This document shows, in pieces, positions 40,753 to 55,810 of a stretch of DNA of 64,000 bases. The notes beneath the pieces were generated by a model that saw only the letters and a list, made by a program, of their open reading frames with translations, searched no databases and was not told where the DNA came from. A program made the position numbers and the translations under genes. Within the stretch, counting starts at the first letter, position 1. The number at the start of each line of letters is the position of its first letter. The stretch comes from the human T2T-CHM13v2.0 reference genome, Homo sapiens, in the NCBI GenBank assembly GCA_009914755.4, contig CP068257.2, positions 34,240,001 to 34,304,000 on the forward strand, written 5' to 3'.

Positions 40753-41678
40753 GCCGCCCCGTCCGGGAGGGAGGTGGGGGGGTCAGCCCCCCGCCCGGCC
40801 AGCTGCCCCATCCGGGAGGTGAGGGGCGCCTCTGCCCGGCCGCCCCTACTGGGAAGTGAGGAGCCCCTCTGCCCGGCCAGCCGCCCCATCCGGGAGGGAG
40901 GTGGGGGGGTCAGCCCCCCACCCGGCCAGCCGCCCCGTCCGGGAGGTGAGGGGCGCCTCTGCCCGGCTGCCCCTACTGGGAAGTGAGGAGCCCCTCTGCC
41001 TGGCCAGCCGCCCAGTCCGGGAGGGAGGTGGGGGGGTCAGCCCCCCGCCCGGCCAGCCGCCCCGTCCGGGAGGTGAGGGGCGCCTCTGCCCGGCTGCCCC
41101 TACTGGGAAGTGAGGAGCCCCTCTGCCCGGCCACCACCCCGTCTGGGAGGTGTACCCAACAGCTCATTGAGAACGGGCCATGATGACAATGGCGGTTTTG
41201 TGGAATCGAAAGAGGGGAAAGGTGGGGAAAAGATTGAGAAATCGGATGGTTGCCGTGTCTGTGTAGAAAGAAGTAGACATGGGAGACTTTTTATTTTGTT
41301 CTGTACTAAGAAAAATTCTTCTGCCTTGGGATCCTGTTGATCTGTGACCTTACCCCCAACCCTGTGCTCTCTGAAACATGTGCTGTGTCCACTCAGGGTT
41401 AAATGGATTAAGGGCGGTGCAAGATGTGCTTTGTTAAACAGATGCTTGAAGGCAGCATGCTCGTTAAGAGTCATCACCACTCCCTAATCTTAAGTACCCA
41501 GGGACACAAACACTGCGGAAGGCCGCAGGGTCCTCTGCCTAGGAAAACCAGAGACCTTTGTTCACTTGTTTATCTGCTGACCTTCCCTTCACTATTGTCC
41601 TATGACCCTGCCAAATCCCCCTCTGCAAGAAACACCCAAAAATGATCAATAAAAAAATAAAAAAAATAAAAAAAAAAA
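40753..41678 (+). mobile_element. SVA retrotransposon (hominid-specific), 5'-truncated: VNTR region (40753-~41160) + SINE-R (HERV-K-derived, ~41160-41650) + poly(A) with AATAAA
   Basis: GC-rich tandem units of ~37-49 bp (gccgccccgtccgggagggaggtgggggggtcagccccccgcccggccagc / tgccccatccgggaggtgaggggcgcctctgcccggccgcccctactgggaagtgaggagcccctctgcccggccagc) are repeated about nine times. This is followed by the SINE-R signature ...tgtctgtgtagaaagaagtagacatgggagactttttattttgttctgtactaag...gggttaaatggattaagggcggtgcaagatgtgctttgttaaacagatgcttgaaggcagcatgctcgttaagagtcatcaccactccctaatc...caagaaacacccaaaaatgatcaataaaaaaataaaaaaaataaaaaaaaaaa. Inserted precisely inside L1 ORF2. Confidence 0.9.
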
Positions 41679-42240
41679 TTGACAAATGTGGTCTAATTAA
41701 ACTAAAAAGCTTCTGCACAGTAAATGAAACTATCATCAGAGTGAACAGAAAACCTACAGAACAGAAGAAAATTTTTGCAATCTATCCATCTGACAAAGGT
41801 CTAATATCCAGAATCTACAAGAAACTTAAGAAAATTAACAAGAAAAAAAACCATTAAAAAGTAGACAAATGATATGGACAGACACTTCTCAAAAAAAAAA
41901 AAAAAGACAGACATGAGGCCAACAAACGTATGAAAAATAGCTCAACATCACTGATCATTAGAGAAATACAAATCAAAACCACAATGAGATGCCATCTCAC
42001 ACCAGTCAGAATGGCGATTATTAGAAAGTCAAGAAACAAAAGATGCTGGTGAGATTGTGGAGAAATAGGAATGCTTTTACACTGTTGGTGGGAATGTAAA
42101 TTAGAATCAACTATTGTGGAAGACAGTGTGGTGATTCCTCAAAGATCTGGAGGCAGAAATACCACTGGACCCAGCAATCTCCTCACTGGGTATATACCCA
42201 AAGGAATGTAAATCATTCTATTATAAAGATACATGTACAT

Positions 42241-42561
<321 letters not shown>

Positions 42562-45047
42562 TCATTGCAGCACTATTCACAAGAGCAAAGACATGGAATC
42601 AACCCAAATGCCCATCAATGATAGACTGGATAAAGAAAATGTGATACATATACACCACGGAATACTATGCAGACACAAAAAGGAATGAGATCATGTCCTT
42701 TGCAGGGATACAGTTAAAGCTGGAAGCCATTATCCTCAGCAAACTAATGCAGGAACAGAAAACCAAACACCACATGTTCTCACTTATAAGTGGGAGCTGA
42801 ACAATATGGACACAGGAAGGGGAACAACACACATTAGGGCCTGTCAGGGGAGAGTTGGGAGGGGAGAGCATTAGGGAAAAGAGCTAATGCATGCTGAGCT
42901 TAATACCTAGGTGATAGGTTGATAGGTGCAGCACACCACCATGGCACATCTTTACCTATGTAACAAACCTGCACATCCTGCACATGTACCCTAGAACTTT
43001 AAAAATATATATTATTTAAAAATGAAATAAGATAAAATTCATGTTAAATTTTAAACACAAAAACTCCAAATGTTCACACAGAATAACAGAATTAGAGTAA
43101 CTCGAGTCTTGTTTCTTCATCTTTACAATCACTGTGCTAATGTTGTTTGTTTGCAATCCACAGTTTAAAGGCAGGAATGTATACTACTATAGGTTTGGAG
43201 GCACAAACTAAACCCCAAGTGAGCTCAAATGGTTCTAAATATTTTTGAACTTCATTTCAAAAAGAACACTGAGTCCACAGATTGAGGGGCAGGGAGTGAA
43301 CTCCCTGTATAACCAAATTGTAATTGTAACTTCCATGTGAAATAGAGCTTATCTATGAGCCTTGGAGTAAAATACCACCATGTTCTCTATGTTCTAGTGG
43401 TCACCCAGGCCAGCTGCTTCGACGTGGATAGGGGCTACACAGGACATGAATATCATGAGAAGGTGAGGATCACTGAGGACCATCTTGGAGGCTGGCTACC
43501 ACATTTAAATTTCAAGATGGTCTTCAGTTTGGAATTCACTGTTGGTCATTAGTTTGCTTAGTGGAGACCTACTATGCGATACCAAGTGAAATCTTTGTTT
43601 CTCTGCTTTAATGGAGGGCATAGATAATGCACCAAGAGGACTTTCTTATTACAGCATTGGATATTTTCAATGCCTTGTTCATATTCCTGTTGCTTCACTC
43701 ATGGCCAGCCCTGTTCTCACAAGAGGCAAGCTGAGCTGCCAAGCTAGCCAAGCACGGTTATTATGAACAATATATTACGACCATCTTGGACAGCTCCAAT
43801 TAGCAAGAAATATGAGTAGTAACTGGTTCTGAATTGGAGCAAACACTTAGAGGGAAGCATTATTTTGATAAATGATCAAGATCTTTCAAACCTCAAATTC
43901 ACTGCCTGAAATAACTCAGTACCACGTTATGCCACGTCTGTTCCAGTTCAGTCACTCATTCACTCATTTCACCTTTCTCCCTTTGCATGCAGCATTTAGA
44001 AGCTCACAAATACTCACTGAATAAACAATACTAACAACAAGTAAAGGCTTGTAATAATTTGACAGTTTCATTCTAAATTTAGCATAGAAAAAAACATTAA
44101 ATACTAAAACATCCACTTAAAAATTATATAAGCTCAAAATTATATATCACTGTCATAAATGTTGATGAAGATTAAATAACATGAGGAAACAACTGTAACA
44201 AAGCAGAAAATAAAAATTGTTTTGACAGTATTTTTCAAACTGAAAAAAGCAGGGAGCCCTCTTAGCATAGCTGGCAGCATGTCAATCTCACAAACTGGAA
44301 AAAGCAGCTATTATAGAAAATATATTCTGGATAAATATATAATAAATTTACATATTAGTTGTGTTTTAATGTTAGAATGAAATTGATACATATTCCTTTT
44401 TCTACTTTTTTGAATTTCTATTTTCTCATAAAGTTTTCAGCAGTACAATTTTATGGGGCATGATCTTTAGTTAACAATGTACTATTATGTAATGCAAGAA
44501 GTAAAATAGCCTAGTAGAAAAGCATAGTAGAAAGAATGCTGGCCTAATGAGAAATCCTGGGAATAAGCACCTGCCATTGCTAATGAGCAGGATGACACCT
44601 CTTCACTTCTCAACCTCTTTATCTGTGAAAGATAAGAACAGGAAATACTACTCACTTTATGCCAGCGAAATACAAAAATTTATTAGGAGTAGATCTCATG
44701 TTTTCTTACTACAAAAACAAACAAACAAACAAAGAGACACCAGGAACCTTGGGAGGTGTGGGATATGTCTATTAATATGTCTATTACCTTAATTGTGGTG
44801 ATGAAATCATGGTGTTTGCATATGTCCAAACTCATCAAATTGTTTATATTAAACGAGTATGGTTTTTGCATATCAATATACCTCAATAAAACTGTTTTTT
44901 AAAAGGTATGAGACAGATTTCAGTGTTTCAGAGTTGCTACCTTTGTAAAAAGCAAGCTAAGAAAAATATAATTCCAAACACATTGACTTCTTTTATTGTT
45001 TAGCTGAAGAGATTATAGCCTGATCACTTCTGTTTAAAGATAAATGT

Positions 45048-46950
45048 TTTAAGCTGATAAACAACATCAGCAAAGTCTCAGGTACAAAATCAATGTGCAA
45101 AAATCACAAATATTCCTATACACCAATAATAGACAAACAGAGAGCCAAATCATGAGTGAACTCCCATTCAAAATTGCTGCAAAGAGAATAAAATACTTAG
45201 GAATACAACTTACAAGGGATGTGAAGGACCTCTTCAAGGAGAACTACAAATCACTGCTCAAGGAAATAAGAGAGGACACAAACAAATGGAAAAACATTCC
45301 ACGCTCATGGATAGAAAGAATCAATATCGTGAAAATGGCCATACCGCCCAAAGTAATTTATAGATTCAATGCTATCCCCATCAAGCTATCATTGACTTGC
45401 TTCACAGAATTGGAAAAAAACTGCTTTAAATTTCATATGGAACCAAAAAAGAGCCCATATAGCCAAGACAATCCTAAGCAAAAAGAACAAAGCTGGAGGC
45501 ATCATGCTACCTGACGTCAAACTATACTACAAGGTTACAGCAACCAAAACAGCATGGTACTGGTACCAAAACAGATACCTAGACCAATGGAACAGAACAG
45601 AGACCACAGAAAAAATGCTACACATCTACAACCAACTGATCTTTGACAAACCTGACAAAAACAAGCAGTGGGGAAAGGATTCCCTGTTTAATAAATGGTG
45701 TTGGGAAAACTGGCTAGCCATATGCAGCAAACTGACACTGGACCCCTTCCTTACACCTCATACAAAAATTAACTCAAGATGGATTAAAGACTTAAATGTA
45801 AGACCTAAAACCATAAAAACCCTAGAAGAAAATCTAGGCAATACCATTCAGGACATAGGCATGGGCAAAGACTTCATGACTAAAACACCAAAAGCAATGG
45901 CAACAAAAGCCAAAATTGACAATGGGATCTAATTAAACTAAAGAGCTTCTGCACAGCAAAAGAAACTATTATCAGAGTGAACAGGCAACTTACAGAATGG
46001 GAGAAAATTTTTGCAATCTATCCATCTGACAAAGGGCTAATATCCAGAATCTACAAGGATATTTAAATAAGTTTACAAGAAAAAAACAAACCACCCCATC
46101 AAAAAATGGTGAAGGATATGAACAGACACTTCTCAAAGGAAGATATCTATGCGGCCAACAAACATAAGAAAAAAAGTTCATCATCACTTGTCATTAGAGA
46201 AATGCAAATCAAAACCACAATGAGATGCCATCTCACGCCAGTTAGACTGGTGATCATTAAAAAGTCAGGAAACAACAGATGCTGGAGAGCATGTGAAGAA
46301 ACAGGAATGCTTTCACACTGCTGGTGGGAGTGTAAATTAGTTCAACCTTTGTGGAAGACAGTGTGGTGATTCCTCAAGGATCTAGAAGCAGAAATATCAT
46401 TTGACCCAGCAATCCCATTACTGGGTATATACCCAAAGGATTATAAATCATTCTACTATAAAGACACATGCACACGTATGTTTACTGCAGCACTATTCAC
46501 AATAGCAAAGACTTGGAACCAACCCAAATGGCCATCAATGATAGACTGGATAAAGAAAATGTGGCACATATACACCATAGAATACTATGCAGCCATAAAA
46601 AAAGAATGAGTTGATGTCCTTTGCAGGGACATGGATGAAGCTGGAAACCACCATTCTCAGCAAACTAACGCAGGAACAGAAAACCAAACACCACATGTTC
46701 TCACTCATAAGTGGGAGGTGAACAATGAGAACACATGGACACAGGGAGGGGAACATCACACACCAGGGCCTGTTGAGGGGTGGAGGAATAGGAGAGGGAT
46801 AGCATTAGGAGAAATACCTAATGTAGATGACGGGTTGATGGGTGCAGCAAACCACCATGGCCCATGTATACCTATGTAACAAACCTGCAAGTTCTGCACA
46901 TGTATCTCAGAACTTAAGGTATAATAAAAAATATATATATATATAAATGT
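45048..46950 (+). mobile_element. L1 (L1PA-like) 3' ~1.9 kb: ORF2 RT C-terminal region, cysteine-rich tail, 3' UTR and A-rich end
   Basis: ttaagctgataaacaacatcagcaaagtctcaggtacaaaatcaatgtgcaaaaatcacaaatattcctatacaccaataatagacaaacagagagccaaatcatgagtgaactcccattc... ORFs 45095..45514, 45504..45932 and 46106..46369 are ORF2 pieces (..FNAIPIKL.., ..[23 protein letters not shown].., ..[46 protein letters not shown]). Ends cacatgtatctcagaacttaaggtataataaaaaatatatatatatataaatg. Confidence 0.9.
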
Positions 46951-47171
46951 TTTATTTAAGAGTATCATTCTGACCATCATGCCTCCCACCATGCCTACAC
47001 TAGCTCTGTCATATCTTGGTTTGTTAATGCATCAGACACCTCAGGTGATAGCCCATCACAGTCACCTACAGCTCAGGACCCAGGGGTGAACACCAAAATG
47101 GGCACCAGAATGTGTAGAGAAAGCTCCAGAAGAAGCAGGAACCCATGTCTCTTCCCATTTGATCTATTCTT

Positions 47172-47220
47172 GTTGTGTGTGTGTGTGTTCATGTATGTGC
47201 AAGTGTCTATGTGTGTGTTT
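47172..47220. repeat. (TG)n-rich microsatellite
   Basis: gttgtgtgtgtgtgtgttcatgtatgtgcaagtgtctatgtgtgtgtttc. Confidence 0.85.
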
Positions 47221-50195
47221 CTCCCAAGTTACCTCAAGAAAACTTGATCACCAACGACTCCAGCAGGCTGGACTTCTTGCTACAGAGAAACAACTCTGGT
47301 GAGTAGGTTTTCTTTGTTTTCCTACAAGGAAAGACTAACGATGGCAGGGTTCAGGAATGTATCAATATAGGATGTCGTTGTTTAAAAAAGGAAAAAGAGT
47401 CGAAGGTTCTCTGTTTCAGGGAATGGAGGAATAACAAGATGAAAGCAATAGGAAAAATGAACTGGCACGAAAGAGTTGGCTCCAGGAACTTCTCCTATGC
47501 CTCTTCAACTCTAAAATCAGAAAGGTAAAACTGGAGAGCCACTGGAGCATGGAGGGTAGGTTTCCGAGCTGCACACTTAGAGCTGCACATGAGTTCCCCA
47601 AAAGAGTAAAGGTGGAGGCCTTAGAAGACACGGTGAGGACTCCAGGAGGGGAAGAAGAGGACGAACACTCAGGAACAAAAGCAGCAAAGGCAGTCATAGT
47701 TACAGATGCCAAAGAGGAAAAAAGGAGAACAAATTCCCATCAAAGCAGGAGGGTGTTTTGAGAAAGAATGGGTGGTCAACTGCGCTAAATGTTGGAAAGA
47801 GATTATGAGGAAGGCAAGAGGACAGAGACACAAAGCTTTTTCAGTAAGGTAGCCACTGGTGTCTTTGGGTGGCATATTTGTAATAGAATGGTGGGGACAA
47901 TCACCAATAATTACACCTCGCATTACCTCACCAGTAAGCAGAGGCCGCACATGAGGAGACAGACCAGCAAAACTAGGACAGAGAAAGCATATAGTAGGAA
48001 GATTGAACACAACCAAGTGTGAGATTTGGGCATAGGAAATGTATAGATAATGGCTGGGTAACGGCAATAGGATGGAAGAGATGCAAAAGGGCCCAACCTA
48101 GAACATGAAGGACCCACTGGGGTGGGGATAGGGTGGACCAGCCTTGAAATCATTTCAGCAAGCAGAGCCCAATGTGCAAAGGGGTGCAAAGCAGAGCCCG
48201 ATGTTGCAACTAACCAGCAGTCACCCAGGCAGGCAGACAGCATGGGGCAGGGGAGAGAGGAGAACGCCTTTGCATCATGGTGAACCGTGATGTTTTTCAA
48301 CAAGTAAACTGAATCAGGAACAGGAAGAAATCCGGAACAAGAAATATTCTAGGAAGTCAGCTGAAAGGCAGCCAAGCTGCATTAGAGAATCAGTGGCGAT
48401 AACCGGGCTCCCATCAACAGACTGTGTGGTTCAGGGGCAAGACTCCAGCCCCCGGGGAGAGCTGGCAAGGGCAAGAAGAAAGGGCTGGATCCATGGAGGA
48501 GTGGAGGAGCAGGCTCCCAAAGACAGATCAGTGGCTTGAGACTTTGTGAGCCAGTGAGCAGACCTGGGTGCAAAGCAGGACTGAAAGGGCCAAAAGAGTG
48601 AGTCATCGCAGCCCAGAGCACTGGGCCAGAACTCCTCAGCCCCTTCCACGAGCAGGGCAGAGACGGCCTGGGCAGTAGCATGTTTGGCTCAAAGACTCCC
48701 AGCAGAAGAGGACGGCAAAGGCTGAGAATCAGGCAGGAGTCAAAGAAGGGGTGCTTTAAGGTAAGGGGAAGGCTTAAACAGAAAAAGCAGAAGGAAGGGT
48801 AAGAAAGAGTTCAGAGACAGGGTCATAAGCATTTTGTAAGGCTAAGGCCAAGGAAGAAGTGGGAAGGCATAAAATACCCAGCGAATACTTGGCCTTGCTC
48901 TCCTCAGATCTAACCAGTTGCAGACCTAGAGCTACTCTAGAATAATTGTTAATTGAATGTGATGCACCCTGAAAGGCACCCAATCAGAAGATTTGAGATT
49001 GATCTGCTGTGTGAGGGCCAAGGAAGAATTTCTCGATTGCGAGGACTGACAAACACCCACGCAAGTCCCTACAAGAGGTTATGAACATTTTCTTCTTTCG
49101 AAATTACTTTTTCGCCGTGCAGATTTTCATACTCTGAGATACTTGGTGAGTATGGTTCTAACCGAAGGCAAAGCAACAAGTTCAATAACCCCACAGGGAA
49201 CTCAGCAGCCCCGCTCCTTGTCTTCCAAAGCTGTCCAGCTCCTCCTCCCAGTGGCTGGTTTTCAGTTTTGCAACTCTTGAAATTCAGATTGATAACTTGG
49301 GCACCCTTTTAGTGGAGATGGCTGAAAAAGTAGATTTCTTCTTAGCCAAACAAAGGCTTCAAAAGCATCTCTTACAATTTTAAGCTTTTCAAATGGCTTC
49401 AAAATTCACAAGTACCCATAACAACTTTTTAAAACTTTGTGACTTTAGATCGACACCCAGAAAATTGTACGCTGGGTTTTCCCTTAAGGAGAGAACATTT
49501 TGGATTTGCTTTTGTTAGTTTCAAATGAATGACCTCATCATTGGATTAATACCTAAACCAAAAGGATGAATGGCTTGTGCTACTTCAGCTGGGGAGTCCA
49601 GGAACCTGGAGGATGCTGCGGAGCCATTCAGAGGGATCTTGGCATGTAGCATGTTCTCAAAACTTTGAAGCAGCAATGACAATGAGAAGAAGGAGGAGGC
49701 AGAGGAAGCAGTAGAGGCTCTAATGAAATTCATTGCCTGAATATTAAAAGCATTCAATAATGGGCTCAAATCAATCCATTGATGGTGCATCCAAAAACAG
49801 CTATAAAGGAAAGCTAGGGATATTTGTGCTATGTCATCATATTTTGAAGGTTAACACTATGAATAACAGCCTACCCTTCTTTACTAAATATGTTGGTGCC
49901 ACTTAGAATCCTGAGAATCTTAGGGGTATTTTTCAACTGAAATGGGTATTTTTAACTAGAAACTCAAGTGGTCTGTGGCCACAAATTGAGAAGACCTGGC
50001 CTAGTGAACCATGTTGGCAAACATTCTGCCTATGCCTATGAAATAATAGATGCTCAAGGCATCATTTCACATCATAATAGCAGAAATCTAGTTCTTCCAG
50101 GGCTAAAGCAGAAGGAGGTAAGGGTCTGATGCTCTGACTTGAGACACAGCCACAGAGAGAATGATTCACATGTGTGTATCTTAAATCAGTACTCA

Positions 50196-50654
<459 letters not shown>

Positions 50655-51058
50655 TTAAATTTTTTAAATGTTCTGAATTTAAGAACCTGACTTTCTCTGT
50701 CTGTGGGAGTATCAACTGCAGATACAGAATGCACTCAGATCTCACTTTGGATTTACTCAGGTCCCAGTAATGAGCTCCTGTGCAATGCCCAGGGCTATGC
50801 TCTGAAGATGCAGGAAGGGAAGATCTTAAACTACATGATTTTGGAAGGCAAATGTAGATACCCACCAATCTCTACTACAATGCTGCTTTATGTGGTCCCC
50901 AAGAACCTCTGACTTGATGAGTACTGATGGGCCCCCAAAATAAACTCGGGGCTAATGTCGAGCAGGAAACAAAGTGCATTAACCTGTTGGGTAAAATTAA
51001 TTAATAATTATCTCTCTCAACACGAAAGAAGCCCTGCTAGGAATTTTTATTTCACTAA

Positions 51059-51338
51059 TTTTTTGGAGACAGAGGCTTACTCTGTCACCCAGGCTGGAGT
51101 GCAGTGGCATGATCTCAGCTCACTGCAGCTCCCAGGTTCAAGTGACTCTCGTGCCTTAGCCTCCGAAGTAGGTGGGATTACAGGCACCCACCACCACACT
51201 CAGTTAATTTTTGTATTTTTAGTGAAGATGGGTTTTCACCATGTTGGCCAGGCTGGTCTCGAACTCCTGACCACAAGTGATCTGCCTGCCTCGGCTTCCT
51301 AAAGTGTTAGGATTACAGGCATGAGCCACTGTGCCCAG
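51059..51338 (-). mobile_element. Alu SINE, minus orientation
   Basis: ttttttggagacagaggcttactctgtcacccaggctggagtgcagtggcatgatctcagctcactgcagctcccaggttcaagtgactctcgtgccttagcctccgaagtaggtgggattacaggcacccaccaccacactcagttaatttttgtatttttagtgaagatgggttttcaccatgttggccaggctggtctcgaactcctgaccacaagtgatctgcctgcctcggcttcctaaagtgttaggattacaggcatgagccactgtgcccag. Confidence 0.9.
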
Positions 51339-53378
51339 TACTGCTAGGAATTATCTTGGCTGTCTTTCTGACATTCATTTGTTGTGAGACAGAGGCTCAC
51401 TTGTCCAAACCCAAAGAATGGACTCAGAGACCTGGAAAACAGCAAAAGCGACACTTTTAATGACAGTCTTGCAAGATCGAGTGTCTGATGGGAAGGCACA
51501 CCCAGCACAGTTACAACAAGCAGTTTATCCCCTAGTGTGCAGGTCCCTCCCCCAGTTCCTCATAGGCTGAGAACTATGGGGTCACAATCTTCCCAGACGT
51601 CGCCTATTGGTTGTTGGGTTGGGGCTTTAGGTGGTTTCTTTAAGGTTGTCTTGCTGCATTTTGTTGCAGCCCACAATGCATTACAATCCTAGTCAGCTCA
51701 GGGGCTCTTTAAGTATCTGACTTATGTCCTAAGTAGCTGGGCAGCTCATAAGAACAGACAAAGCAAGCTATTTTGCAGGCTAGTAAACTTTCATCTTAGA
51801 CTAAACTTTTTTGGATTAGGTGAAGGCAACTAAGGGACGGGGGTGGGGTGCCAACAAGCAGGCATCAGCTATCCAAGCAGGGGCCTAGTATATCCTGTTT
51901 TTTTCTGTAGTTTGCTGACCTAAGCCAATTTAAGTCACTTTGTCTTAGAAATGGACCACTATATACATTATTTCCTTCATTTGTGAGGAAAGATTATTAT
52001 TACAAATAGAAATTGCTAATATTTATTGACCACTGACCTTCTGCACTGCACCAATCTTACATATATTAACTCACTTAAATTCTCAACAATCTAGTGAGGG
52101 TTTACTATTTTGCATCCTAGATAATTAAGGGACACAGAAGTTAAATTCCTTGCTCAAAATCTTATAGGTGACAGAACAAAGATTGAAACCCGAGCACTCT
52201 GGATCCTGGGCATAAACTCTTAACCACCCCTCTCATTTCCTCTGAAAAATTAACAGATTCACTCATAGTGGGCCTACTTCTATTTTTAAGTGTAAACATT
52301 TTTGTCCTCAGATATTTTGACCCTCATAAGTTTACCATGCTAGGATTTTCTTGTTTTGTCTTTCAGAGCAAGGACACAGGCTCATCCAATGTTTTAGTAC
52401 ACTGCTACCTAAAATCAAAGAAATAAGATCTTATTTGTTCTAACAAAAGACCTGCTTCACAATAGAAATAAAAATGGTCTCTTTGTTCATTTACTGAACA
52501 AACCCAAAAACATATGTTTTTGGGACAAACCCAAAAACATAGCTCAGTCTAGTAAACTTCTCCAAAATATGCATGTTATACATTTTTGAGATACCTCTTG
52601 TGTTATATATCTGGTGGGAAAAAAAAGGGAGCTTTGATCATAGCACATGCATCAACAAAAAATTTTCACTCTAAACCTCAGTTTGAATATGGTTTAAAAG
52701 AAAATTGTAAAGCGTTTCCTCTCCCAGTGTTAACCAAATAGAGGTTGTTGGAAAAACAATCCTGGGAACTGGGTGTGGGTCTGGGCCCTGAAACTAGATT
52801 GCACCAGCACCAATTTACATGAAGGATTACATAAAGTTTTGGACATGGTACTGAGCAATTTTGCCAGTTTCAACTGTCCAGCATCTTAACCTCATTTCCA
52901 TATTTGGGGACTTCTGACACATACTACCCACCATGAAAGCCTATCACTACAGCAGCTGAAATGCCAGGGCCCTGGGTAGAAGGTTGGTCACATGACCTCT
53001 CATGGCCAATCAGGTTCCCTGGCTGGGACTTTGACTTTGGGCTGAGAGCCCCAGCTTTAATTTTCACTACATTTATCATTTCATCTATTGTGTTTCCTCC
53101 ACAGACAAATGTAATGCTCCATGAAGGCAGTCAACTTTGTTCACTGCTGTATTCCTAGTGCCTAAAATAATGTCTGACTCATAACAAGAAAATATGTACA
53201 AATACATATTTCTTGAATGAATAAAATATGTCTTGTTATCTGAATCAATTCTTTTAATTTCTAAGATCTCAAATTCTCTTGTATAATAGCTGATTCCTAA
53301 TTTATGGATATGGTAGCCACGCTTATTTCCAAAACATGATATTTACATTAATGATCTTCTATTAGCTCTATAAGCTCT

Positions 53379-53742
53379 GATGTGGTTTTGCTGTGTCGCC
53401 ACCCAAATGTCATCTTGAATTGTAGCTTTCATAATCCCCATGTGTCTTGGGAGGGAGCCTGTGGGAGGTAATTGAATCATGGGGGGCAGTTTCCCCCATA
53501 CTGTTCTCATGTTAATGAACAAGTCTCACAAAATCTGATAGTTTTTTAAAGGGGAGTTCATCTGCACATGCTCTGTTGCCTGCCACCATATAAGACGTGC
53601 CTCTGCTCCTCCTTCACCTTCCACCATGACTGTGAGGCCTCCCTAGCCATGTGGAACTGTGAGTCCATAAAACCTGTTTTTCTTTATAAATTACCCAGTT
53701 TGGGGTATGTCTTTATTAGCAGAGTGAGAACAGACTAATATA
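53379..53742 (+). mobile_element. ERVL-MaLR LTR (THE1/MST family), + orientation
   Basis: tgatgtggttttgctgtgtcgccacccaaatgtcatcttgaattgtagctttcataatccccatgtgtcttgggagggagcctgtgggaggtaattgaatcatggggggcag...ccatgtggaactgtgagtccataaaacctgtttttctttataaattacccagtttggggtatgtctttattagcagagtgagaacagactaatat: near-consensus THE1 from the TGATATGG start to the end. Confidence 0.85.
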
Positions 53743-55401
53743 AGCTCTGTTTCCTTGGGTATTATTTCTTCTTCACTGTGACTTTGTGCCTCTGTTTCCT
53801 AAAATCTTTGCTTCTTTGTTGTCAGAGAGGGGATAGATGGATGCATGTGCAAAGCAAGGCTAACTGACTATAACCTTTCCCCCAGCATTATGCATAATAA
53901 AGATGTTCATTCATTCATTCTTTCATCCAACCATTGTTATTAAGAGAAAGACACAATGGGGCAAAACAAGAATATTTTATTGTTTTGTGGGAGAATGTGT
54001 TCACCCCTTCCATTTTGCAACTTGTTCTCCTGAGCAAAACTCTACATATTTTTTCCCATAGCATAACTTAAAAGGATATTTTTTTAGAGAGTAGATTATC
54101 ACCATTTTGAAGATGGGAACTTCCAAACTCCAAAAAAAACAAAATAGTACAAAATTTTCCAGACATATGGGATTATCAACCACTGCCAATCACCTTACAG
54201 ACCAAGAAGTGTTCAAGAACAGTGTTAGGCAAATATTGCCCCAATATTTAAAACGGGTGGGGAGACTCATACAATAGAACACAATGCTTAATATTAACCC
54301 CCTAAAATCTAGAGCAAATTAACAAAGAGCTATTATAAAGTCTGGATAATTTGACACATATACACCCATATCCCACTTTACATTTTACTCTTTAGGCAGA
54401 AAATCCCTGGTTGCTTCTACAATAACCCTTGACATCACCATCATAGATGTCCTCCACTTGAAACTCCAGTCTGTCTGTCTGCCTGTTATAAATTGCAATA
54501 TTCAGAACCAGAAATAGTATTCCAGACAACATGAGAGTATGGAACCACTAATCACTATTTGGATATCAATTCATGTCTACCAAAATAGCCTGTGATTTCA
54601 TTTCTCTTTTACCAACCTCTACACACTGCACATTGGAACTGCTCCTGAACCAACCATTCCACATTCTTTCCACATATTTCATGAAAAGGTAAAGACACAT
54701 GACCCAGATGGCAAACTTGGTATATTCACCTAGCTCTTTTCCTACTCCACACCCTTAGAAATGACAGGAGAGATGTTTTATTACATACTGAAACCGTAAG
54801 AGCTGCGCCAAACAAGGAACAGTACCCAACATTAACCAGAAATTTTGAGACAAAAAGCAGAAAGATATAAGGCAGACAGGATCAACTTGTTGGAGAAAAC
54901 GACAGCCAAACACTTGTACACTTGTAGCAGGAGAGGCCTGCCAGAGAGAGAAGTGGTTACAGAGTACTCCAAGCTCTCAGGGGATGGGTCCAAGAAGCAA
55001 GAAGGCAAATGGGGAAAAACAATAGGAGATTAACAGGGTCACTGCATTTAGAGCAGCCACATCTCTTGGCTCCTCCTTCCTCCCGCTCTTGAATTGAGTG
55101 GTGACCAACAGCAGCATATTGCACAGGCTAAAGTGATGAGTGGGGCACTTAAGTCTAAGAGGCATCATTCTAACTGAACCTATGGAACCTATGGCAGAAA
55201 GTGGCCTTATGCTCACCAGGCTTATCTTCCTTTCCCTGGGCACACAGAAAGACTGTATTTGCCAGTTTTCTTTCAGTTATGTTGAGATCATATAACTAGT
55301 TTCCAGCCAATGGATAGCAGTGAAATGTACCCCTTCCAGGCCTGGCCATACAATGCCCCATTTTATGCTCCTTGTTCTTCCCTCTCTAAAAGTAAAGGAT
55401 C

Positions 55402-55810
55402 TGTATCAGTCCATTCTTGCATTGCTATAAAGAAATACCTGAGACTGGGTAATTTTATAAAAGAGGTTTAACTGGCTGACGGTTCTGCAGGCTGTTTGGG
55501 AAGCATAGTGGCATCTGCTTCCAGGGAGGCCTCAGAGAGCTTTTACTCATAGCAGAAGGCAAAGTGGGAACAGGCACTTCACAGACCAAAAACAGGAGCG
55601 AGGGTAGGGGAGAGCTGCCACACTTTTCAACAATCAGATCTCGCAAGAACCCATCCAGTACCACGAAAACAGTACCAAGAGAATGGTGCTAAACTATTCA
55701 TGAGAAATCCAACTCTATGATCTAATTATCTTCCACTAAGCCCCGCCTCCAATATTGAGGATTACAGTTCAATATAGGATGTGGTGGGGACAGCATCCAA
55801 ACTAGATCAG
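55402..55810 (-). mobile_element. ERVL-MaLR LTR (MST/MLT-like, more diverged), minus orientation
   Basis: ctgtatcagtccattcttgcattgctataaagaaatacctgagactgggtaattttataaaagaggtttaactggctgacggttctgcaggctg ... gaggattacagttcaatataggatgtggtggggacagcatccaaactagatca. Confidence 0.7.

Noticed and set aside
40735-41183. Overlapping G/P/R-rich ORFs (83-85 aa each) and the regular ~40-bp repeat array as a candidate CRISPR-like or proline-rich protein locus
   Set aside because: This is the VNTR region of an SVA retrotransposon in a primate genome. The repeats are direct and GC-rich with no unique spacers, and the SINE-R and poly(A) follow immediately.
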